From: a virus
Taxonomy: Duplodnaviria > Caudoviricetes
IMG/VR virus record: IMGVR_UViG_3300044512_000115
Location: 1 to 33,884 of that record
Direction: 5' to 3' (one strand)
DNA length: 33,884 nt
A program made the translations under genes and the position numbers. The notes below the pieces were generated by a model, which was not told the DNA's origin, did no database searches, and was given only the letters and a program-made list of their open reading frames with translations. This document shows positions 27,806 to 33,884 of this stretch, one piece after another. Position 1 is the stretch's first letter, and the number at the start of each line of letters is the position of its first letter.

Positions 27806-27984
27806 CACGTATAGAACTTTCAGACGAAGAAATAGAATACAGCACTTACTTTCCTATTCCAGACCCTCACGATATAATGTATAGCTTTGAGGAAATGGTG
27901 CGAATGTATACGCAAGCAGATATAGAAGTTGATAACTATATAATAGAAAGGGCAAAAGAAATAAACATTAAAAAGAGCAACTAA
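27802..27984 (+). CDS. Hypothetical protein
   Basis: Start overlaps the upstream stop. Confidence 0.6.
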   Translation: MTRIELSDEEIEYSTYFPIPDPHDIMYSFEEMVRMYTQADIEVDNYIIERAKEINIKKSN

Positions 27985-27995
27985 AATAAAAGTAT

Positions 27996-28003
27996 TATAT
28001 TTG
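27996..28003 (+). promoter_or_regulatory. Host-sigma -7 element TATATTTG driving a short non-coding unit
   Basis: AAAAGTATTATATTTGTG is identical at 27988-28005 and 31085-31102. Confidence 0.7.
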
Positions 28004-28006
28004 TGC

Positions 28007-28066
28007 TTTCGTAGTTTAGTTTAGTTTGGAAAAGGAGTTAACATTTATTTGTTAGCTCTTTTTTTT
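28007..28066 (+). ncRNA. Candidate ~60 nt antisense small RNA
   Basis: No ORF between promoter and terminator; 5' TTTCGTAGTTTAGTTTAGTTT complementary to AAACTA...ATG start regions. Confidence 0.5.
28031..28066 (+). terminator. Intrinsic terminator
   Basis: AAAGGAGTTAACA/TGTTAGCTCTTT stem followed by a T run. Confidence 0.75.
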
Positions 28067-28139
28067 GCTTAAAATTTTTTTATTCCAAAAGTTATATTTA
28101 ATATTGTTGAAAAGTTACTAACTAATTAAACTAAAAACT

Positions 28140-28319
28140 ATGGAAACATCATTTAACAAAATTTGCAAAAGTATTGCAACTCTAAAGACAGAGTCTCAAT
28201 GTGAATCTATTGAGGCAATGATTAAAACTTTTAAGAATAAGTACAAAAGAGAAGGACACGAGTATTCTTACATATTGGTAGGAGCTTTATTAATGGCTAA
28301 ACAATTAAAATTTAACTAA
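28140..28319 (+). CDS. Hypothetical 59 aa early protein (METSFNKICK...QLKFN)
   Basis: Hand-translated; TAATG coupling to 28319. Confidence 0.65.
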   Translation: METSFNKICKSIATLKTESQCESIEAMIKTFKNKYKREGHEYSYILVGALLMAKQLKFN

Positions 28320-28504
28320 TGAAAGTAAAACTAACTCACTCACTACATGAGATTCAAAAAGTAAACAAAGACCTTTACGAAGTATTTACTACTGACTTTT
28401 GGGATAATGGAACTTACACAATTAAAAACATCTCACACCACGCGACAGAACGCGAGGCAATAGAACAGAAACTAATTAACAAACATAAAAACGAAAACAA
28501 ATGA
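28319..28504 (+). CDS. Hypothetical protein
   Basis: ORF track; coupled on both sides. Confidence 0.65.
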   Translation: MKVKLTHSLHEIQKVNKDLYEVFTTDFWDNGTYTIKNISHHATEREAIEQKLINKHKNENK

Positions 28505-29007
28505 AAACACTATTTAAAGCATTGGCAGACTTTCAAAATGAAGTGCCAACTATTCACGAAGAGACTAAAGGTTTTAACTACACTTACTCAAACCTTAACT
28601 CTATTTTTAAAATAATTAAGCCACTATTAAAAAAGCACGACTTAGGGTTTTATCAAATACTAGATGGCAGGAACTTAGTTACTACTATCTTTCATATTAA
28701 GTCTGGAGAACAAATACAAGGGAGCGCAGAGATCCCAAACGTAAGTTTAAAAGGAATGAACGACTACCAAACTTTAGGAAGTGGCGTAACCTACCTAAGA
28801 CGCTACAGCCTTAGCTCTATGTTAGGACTTATTACAGACAAGGATGTAGATGCTTGCGGTACTCAGGAAAACAAACAACCGACTAAAAGAAAGTTCACAG
28901 CTACAGATGCTCAAGCCGAAAAGCTAAAAGGTACAGAGGCTAAAGATTTAAAAGCTAAGTACATTATAACAGAGGAACAAATTAAACGATATAACGAACT
29001 AAACTAA
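28501..29007 (+). CDS. erf: ERF-family ssDNA annealing protein
   Basis: LFKALADFQ, YTYSNL, H..SGE, Q.LGSGVTYLRRYSL..MLG...D.D.D signature. Confidence 0.88.
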   Translation: MKTLFKALADFQNEVPTIHEETKGFNYTYSNLNSIFKIIKPLLKKHDLGFYQILDGRNLVTTIFHIKSGEQIQGSAEIPNVSLKGMNDYQTLGSGVTYLRRYSLSSMLGLITDKDVDACGTQENKQPTKRKFTATDAQAEKLKGTEAKDLKAKYIITEEQIKRYNELN

Positions 29008-29165
29008 TGGAAACACTAGAAAACATACCAGCGGAAAGTAGAATAACTTTGTTAAAGTCTACAATCAAAGTACAGGAGAAAATTATCAAAGCTCTTGAGG
29101 AGCGAATAGAACTACTTAAAAAGAACCATAAACTAGAAATTAAAAACTATTACATAAAGAAATAA
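29007..29165 (+). CDS. Hypothetical 52 aa coiled-coil protein (METLENIPAE...YYIKK)
   Basis: Hand-translated; TAATG coupling. Confidence 0.6.
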   Translation: METLENIPAESRITLLKSTIKVQEKIIKALEERIELLKKNHKLEIKNYYIKK

Positions 29166-29167
29166 CT

Positions 29168-29806
29168 ATGAAAATTAGAAGCAGCGCACTAGGTAAAATT
29201 ATGACAAACCCTAGGAGCAAAAAAGAAACATTGTCAGCAACTTGTAAAACCTATATTAAGGAACTTGTTAAGGAGGATTTATTTGGTTACAGAACTACAA
29301 TAGATAGTAAATACTTAACCAAAGGAATAGACATGGAGGATACCTCTATAGACCTTTACAATGAGGTACATGGTACTTTATATCTAAAGAATACAGAAAG
29401 GCTAGAGAATGAGTTTATAACTGGCGAATGCGATATAAATGCAGAGGATAAAATAATAGACATAAAAAGCTCATGGAGTTTGGAGACGTTTCCTGCATCT
29501 CCTGAGGATGTAAATAATAAAGATTACGAATGGCAACTAAGAGCTTACATGTGGCTTTACGATAAGCCTAAAGCAGAACTTGCTTATTGTATGGTTAGTA
29601 CTCCAGACTACTTACTAAAAGAATGGGATAATTTAGACATTCATAAAGTAGATAAGCACGACCCATTTTTAAGAGTTACTACTATTTCATTTGAAAGGGA
29701 TACAGAAAAGGAGGAGCTAATAGCTCAAAGAGTAAAAGACTGTAGAGAGTTCTACAATGAGTACAAAGATTCTATTTTAAACAAACAACCAATACTAAGC
29801 GAATGA
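29168..29806 (+). CDS. YqaJ/lambda-exonuclease-like PD-(D/E)XK nuclease
   Basis: IRSS.LGKIM, KG..ME, GECD, IDIKSSW, YEWQLRAYMWL; next to ERF. Confidence 0.85.
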   Translation: MKIRSSALGKIMTNPRSKKETLSATCKTYIKELVKEDLFGYRTTIDSKYLTKGIDMEDTSIDLYNEVHGTLYLKNTERLENEFITGECDINAEDKIIDIKSSWSLETFPASPEDVNNKDYEWQLRAYMWLYDKPKAELAYCMVSTPDYLLKEWDNLDIHKVDKHDPFLRVTTISFERDTEKEELIAQRVKDCREFYNEYKDSILNKQPILSE

Positions 29807-30024
29807 GAAAGGAGGATAGAGATAAACCCTATATTTATAAAGTGAGAAATGAGAAAGGCAGACTAGAGGAGTATAGCAGATACTACAAAACTAAAAGAGA
29901 AGCTTTAGACTGGTACAATAAACATGGTAAATGGCTAGAGAAACACTTTAACAGAAAACTAATATTAATCGACACAGACATAAACTTATTTAACTATGTA
30001 TCAAGCCCACTATTTAACAGATAA
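29803..30024 (+). CDS. Hypothetical protein
   Basis: ATGA overlap. Confidence 0.6.
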   Translation: MRKEDRDKPYIYKVRNEKGRLEEYSRYYKTKREALDWYNKHGKWLEKHFNRKLILIDTDINLFNYVSSPLFNR

Positions 30025-30394
30025 AGGTATTAAAGCCTATTTAAGAACAGTAGACGAGGAAGTCTACAGAAAACATAAACAAATGTATTTAAACCACGAT
30101 AAACACATAGACAATATATGCAGAATAATATTTGCATATTTTGACGTACCACTAGAAAAGATTAAGGCAAAGAATAGACAAGCTCAGATAATAAGAGCTA
30201 AACAATTTACTGCATACTTTTTAAGGCGAGAAGTTAGAAGAATAACCCTGACAGAGATAGGGCAAGTATTCGACTTAGATCATGCAACAGCTTTGCATTC
30301 TATTAGTAAAATAAAAGGATTAATAGAAGTAGACAAAGAATATAGAAACTATCACAATGAACTATGCACTAAACTAATGGACTTATATAGATAA
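29996..30394 (+). CDS. DnaA domain IV (C-terminal HTH)-like DNA-binding protein
   Basis: YFDV..EKIKAKNR...IIRAKQ..AYFLR...LTEIGQVFDLDHATALHS matches the DnaA-C pattern (R...RQ..MY...SL..IG..F..DHTTV.H). Confidence 0.8.
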   Translation: MYQAHYLTDKGIKAYLRTVDEEVYRKHKQMYLNHDKHIDNICRIIFAYFDVPLEKIKAKNRQAQIIRAKQFTAYFLRREVRRITLTEIGQVFDLDHATALHSISKIKGLIEVDKEYRNYHNELCTKLMDLYR

Positions 30395-30401
30395 AAATTA
30401 G

Positions 30402-30409
30402 TATATTTG
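30402..30409 (+). promoter_or_regulatory. Host-sigma -7 element TATATTTG upstream of the SSB gene
   Basis: Intergenic consensus match. Confidence 0.65.
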
Positions 30410-30433
30410 TAACCAATTTAAAAACAATAAATT

Positions 30434-30775
30434 ATGGAATTAGAAGTAAAAGGAACTATTGAAACAATAGGCGAAACAGTAGAAGGGGTTAACAAGGCAG
30501 GAGACAACTGGCAAAAGTTAACCTACACACTAACCACAGAAGAACAGTATAATAACCTTTATGCGTTTGAAGTATTCGGCAAGGATGCTAGTACAATGTT
30601 CAGAAAATTTAACAAAGTGGGCGATAAGGTAAGCGTAAAATTTAATGTAAACACTAATGAATGGAAAGGCAAATACTACACGACTTTACAGTCTTGGAGA
30701 TGCACAAAAGACGATGCTAAGGCTACAGCGAAAGAGACTGTACAGGCTACGACGCAAGACGATTTACCCTTTTAG
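30434..30775 (+). CDS. DUF3127-type OB-fold single-stranded DNA-binding protein
   Basis: WQK...EEQY...AFEVFG...GDKVSVKFN...EWKGKYYT.LQSW; acidic DDLPF tail. Confidence 0.82.
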   Translation: MELEVKGTIETIGETVEGVNKAGDNWQKLTYTLTTEEQYNNLYAFEVFGKDASTMFRKFNKVGDKVSVKFNVNTNEWKGKYYTTLQSWRCTKDDAKATAKETVQATTQDDLPF

Positions 30776-30814
30776 AAAGGTAATACAATTATTTTTAAGC
30801 AACGGATATAGTAG

Positions 30815-30847
30815 AAAAGGGGGTTCTTAATTGAGTCCCCTTTTTTT
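30815..30847 (+). terminator. Intrinsic (possibly bidirectional) terminator
   Basis: AAAAGGGGGTTC/GAGTCCCCTTTT stem followed by a T run. Confidence 0.8.
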
Positions 30848-31070
30848 ATCGTCGTACTCTTAGACCCTATGTTTCCTACAAATCCGCGCTTCGTCACTTT
30901 TTTTTGCCTATGAGAGATTTTAATAAAGTGAAAGTTATAACTAAAATATTTTTTTCTGCAAATCTATCGACGAAGTGACGTAAATATTTTAAAAGCTAAT
31001 GATAGCAAAGGATGTAGGCACGTCACTTTAAAAAATGAATCGACGTAAATAAAAATAAAGCGCGGAAAGT
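30848..31070. other. Candidate replication origin with GACG/CGTC iteron-like direct and inverted repeats
   Basis: Non-coding, between SSB and primase; several CG-containing repeats around AT-rich spacers. Confidence 0.5.
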
Positions 31071-31092
31071 ATTCTATGTTAAAAAAAAGTAT

Positions 31093-31100
31093 TATATTTG
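31093..31100 (+). promoter_or_regulatory. Host-sigma -7 element for the primase operon
   Basis: TATATTTG about 100 nt upstream of ATG 31204. Confidence 0.7.
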
Positions 31101-31104
31101 TGAT

Positions 31105-31193
31105 TCAAGTGACATAGGAAATCACAAAACATTGTTAAAAATCCTTATCTTAGAATGCCTATCCTATGTGGCTACTTTGATAGGGATTTTTTT
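31105..31193 (+). promoter_or_regulatory. Structured 5' leader (attenuator-like hairpin with possible kissing loop)
   Basis: Stem 31137-31149/31179-31191 plus T7; ACATAGGA (31112-31119) complementary to TCCTATGT (31162-31169). Confidence 0.55.
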
Positions 31194-31203
31194 ATAAAAT
31201 AAT

Positions 31204-33585
31204 ATGGAGAAAATAACAGTTTATAAAAGTTTATTCGATTCTAAAGGAGTAGCTTTTTATATTACAATAGACCAAGCTCTGGAAAGAGTGAAAATAGGAA
31301 AGTCTAAAGAGCTTATTCAAAAGATTAGAAAGGAATCTAACAAAGAGAAAAGAAACAAACTAAAAGAGAAATGTATTTGCGTATTGTTTAATGGAGAGTT
31401 CAGCTCTAGAAATGACAACAGCTTAGTTAATCATTCAGGGTATTGTGTTTTAGATTTTGATAATTTTGAAAGTAAAAAGGTTTTAAAAGAACAAAAAGAA
31501 CTATTAAAAAAAGATAAGTATATTTATTCGGTTTTCGTTTCTCCTTCGGGTAATGGTTTAAAAGCATTGGTAAAAATACCTAAATGCACAAAAGAAGAAC
31601 ATCCTCTTTATTTTAATGAATTAAAAAAGCATTTTAATAGTAAGTATTTTGATGCTGCAAATAAAAATGTGAGTAGAATATGCTATGAGTCTTATGATAG
31701 TGATATTTATATTAATAAAGATTCTGAGCTGTGGGATAAGATAGAAGTAAAAGAAGGATATAACTACATTGAAAGAGTGCCAACTATTCCAGTAAACGAT
31801 GAAGCTAGAATAATATCTTTAGTTATGAAATGGTGGGAATCAAAATACGGAATAATAGAAGGACAAATAAATAACAATTTGTTTATCCTAGCTTCTGCTT
31901 TTAATACTTATGGAGTACATCAGTCTATCTCTATTGATTACATGATAACTCAATTCAATCTATCTAATAAGATTAATGAAGTAACCAATATAAATAGAAG
32001 CGCATACTCTAAAGTAGGGGATTTTAAAACAAAGTATTTCGAAGATGCAAAAGCCATAACAGATGTAAAGAGAAAGCTATCTAACGGAGTGAGCAAAATA
32101 GAAGTAAAGGAGGAGCTATTAAAAAGAGTGCAGCCATTAGAAGCGGAAAAGATAATATCAGAGATAAAAGAAACAATAGAGAACTTTTGGAGTATATCCG
32201 TTAATAAGCAAGGAGTAACGAAAGTAAATATTAACAATGCAGACTTTAAAATATTCCTACAGTCTAAAGGTTTTTTTAAGTACTATGCCGAGAAGTCAGA
32301 AACTCCGATTTTTGTTAGGGTAAAATCGAATATAGTTTCCAATTCTAGCGTAGAAAAAATGAAAGACTTTGTACTGGACTACGTAGAGGATTTAAAGCTG
32401 TGGGATGTTTGGAACTATCTTACTAGCTCCGTAAAGTTTTTTAAAGATTCTTACCTTAATATGTTAGACAGTATTGATTTAAAGATGTTACAGGACACAA
32501 AAGACAATTCGTTTATATATTATTCTAATGGAGTAGTTGAGGTAACTAAAAACAGTATAGAGTTAATAGACTACGTAGATATAGATGGGTACATTTGGGA
32601 AAACCAAATAATAAAAAGAGATTTTAACAAAAGTAAAGATATTGACAACGACTTTAAGGACTTAGTTTCCAAAGTTTCAGATAATAATAAGGACAGAAAG
32701 GACTCACTAGAAAATACGATAGGTTATTTAATGCACAGCTTTAAAGATAAGACAGACCAAAAAGCTATAATATTAAACGACCAAGAGATAAACGACGACC
32801 CGAATGGGGGGAGTGGTAAAAGTTTAATGCTTACTGCAATAGGTTACTTTAAGAAAGTAGTTAAAATAGATGGTAAAAGTTTCGACCCTTCGCGCTCTGA
32901 CTTTGTATATCAAAGGGTAGATATTGACACGCAGACACTAGCATTTGATGACGTAAAAAAGAACTTTAATTTCGAAAACTTATTTAGTTTAATTACAGAA
33001 GGGATAACAGTAAACAGAAAAAATAAAGATGAAATATTCATTCCATTTGAGCGCTCTCCTAAAGTTATAATAACTACTAACTACGTAATAGATGGCGCTG
33101 GTAATTCACACGATAGGAGGAGGCACGAAATAGAGTTTAATCAATTCTTTAACGGTAACCATACTCCACTAGATGAATATGGCAAGCTCTTATTTGATGA
33201 GTGGGATTCTAACGATTGGGTTAGTTTTGATAATTACATGATTAACAACCTTCAAAAGTTTTTAATTAATGGATTGACTAGTACAGTATCAATTAATGCA
33301 GACGTCAAAAGATTTATACAAAGCACTAGCAAAGATTTTTACGACTGGATAGAGGACGGAAACTTAAAGCCAAATGTAAAATATTATAATACAGAAAAGA
33401 AAGATGAGTTTATAAAAGAATATAAAGAATTTACTAACTTATCAGGCAGAGCTTTTTTATTATGGGTGCAAAAGTGGTGCAACTTAAAAGGGTACACTTT
33501 AGATAAAAGAAGGGATAGCTCTAGGTATTTTGTAATGATAGACGAAGCTAATAAATGGGAAGATAATAACGAAGATATATTTTAA
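31204..33585 (+). CDS. Primase-helicase: BT4734/VirE-N-like primase domain plus P-loop helicase
   Basis: HSGYCVLDFD, FVSPSGNGLKALVKI, SRICYESYD; C-terminal GGSGKS, AFDDV, ITTNY, S.DRR. Confidence 0.85.
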   Translation: MEKITVYKSLFDSKGVAFYITIDQALERVKIGKSKELIQKIRKESNKEKRNKLKEKCICVLFNGEFSSRNDNSLVNHSGYCVLDFDNFESKKVLKEQKELLKKDKYIYSVFVSPSGNGLKALVKIPKCTKEEHPLYFNELKKHFNSKYFDAANKNVSRICYESYDSDIYINKDSELWDKIEVKEGYNYIERVPTIPVNDEARIISLVMKWWESKYGIIEGQINNNLFILASAFNTYGVHQSISIDYMITQFNLSNKINEVTNINRSAYSKVGDFKTKYFEDAKAITDVKRKLSNGVSKIEVKEELLKRVQPLEAEKIISEIKETIENFWSISVNKQGVTKVNINNADFKIFLQSKGFFKYYAEKSETPIFVRVKSNIVSNSSVEKMKDFVLDYVEDLKLWDVWNYLTSSVKFFKDSYLNMLDSIDLKMLQDTKDNSFIYYSNGVVEVTKNSIELIDYVDIDGYIWENQIIKRDFNKSKDIDNDFKDLVSKVSDNNKDRKDSLENTIGYLMHSFKDKTDQKAIILNDQEINDDPNGGSGKSLMLTAIGYFKKVVKIDGKSFDPSRSDFVYQRVDIDTQTLAFDDVKKNFNFENLFSLITEGITVNRKNKDEIFIPFERSPKVIITTNYVIDGAGNSHDRRRHEIEFNQFFNGNHTPLDEYGKLLFDEWDSNDWVSFDNYMINNLQKFLINGLTSTVSINADVKRFIQSTSKDFYDWIEDGNLKPNVKYYNTEKKDEFIKEYKEFTNLSGRAFLLWVQKWCNLKGYTLDKRRDSSRYFVMIDEANKWEDNNEDIF

Positions 33586-33589
33586 GATT

Positions 33590-33772
33590 ATGAAATTTGA
33601 AATAAGCAGAATGGAATTAGTAGAAAATAAACATGGTAAGAATGACCTACTAATAAAACAAGTAAAAGTGATGACGTGCAAAGGAAAGTATATTAAATTT
33701 GCAACTCTTAACGAGGCACTACTTAAAGCATTAAAGGAAAGCGAAAGCATAACAGTAAAGAACAATGTTTGA
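33590..33772 (+). CDS. Hypothetical protein; overlaps the helicase start across the circular junction
   Basis: ORF track; both terminal-repeat mismatches are synonymous in this frame. Confidence 0.7.
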   Translation: MKFEISRMELVENKHGKNDLLIKQVKVMTCKGKYIKFATLNEALLKALKESESITVKNNV

Positions 33773-33884
33773 GCTAAGAGACTACCAAAAGAAAGCCTCA
33801 AAAGATGGTTTTAATATACTGAGAAAAAAGGGTATATTGATTCTAAACTTTGAAGTAAGAACAGGCAAGACTCACATAGCTTTA
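33705..33884. repeat. Terminal direct repeat (right copy)
   Basis: Matches 1-180 with 2 mismatches. Confidence 0.97.

Noticed and set aside
1057-33801. All minus-strand ORFs in the ORF track (e.g. 14988-15428, 16038-16523, 17479-18069, 33499-33801)
   Set aside because: They shadow well-supported + strand genes, show no recognisable motifs, and the genome is otherwise unidirectional.

Overview
This window looks like a complete, circularly permuted ~33.7 kb tailed dsDNA phage genome (siphovirus-like). Bases 1-180 recur at 33705-33884 with 2 mismatches, giving a unit length of 33,704 bp, and every credible gene is on the + strand. The host is probably Bacteroidota (Flavobacteriia-like), judged from TAnnTTTG -7 promoters, A-rich start regions without Shine-Dalgarno sequences, a BT4734/VirE-N primase and a DUF3127 SSB. 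Modules: SF2 helicase + VRR-NUC; second helicase + DNA methyltransferase; ECF-like sigma factor and small ORFs; terminase; tail genes and tape measure; protease/scaffold, capsid and tail tube; portal and neck genes with a LamG protein; lysis genes (endolysin, holin, u-spanin); metallophosphoesterase; recombination/replication genes (ERF, YqaJ exonuclease, DnaA-domain-IV protein, SSB, primase-helicase). I saw no integrase, repressor, DNA polymerase, tRNA or CRISPR array. The most interesting content is regulatory: (1) a fixed-spacing motif TACAACTA-N12-ACAATAGAYA-RT-ATG before three structural ATGs, one inside the protease gene, plausibly read by the phage sigma factor to make leaderless late mRNAs; (2) a ~60 nt promoter-terminator unit whose 5' end is antisense to early-gene start regions; (3) a kissing-loop/attenuator leader and a GACG-repeat origin candidate before the primase; (4) a -1 frameshift at a T9 run; (5) small ORFs bounded by 19-21 bp direct repeats. 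All family assignments come from recognising motifs by eye, not from database searches.
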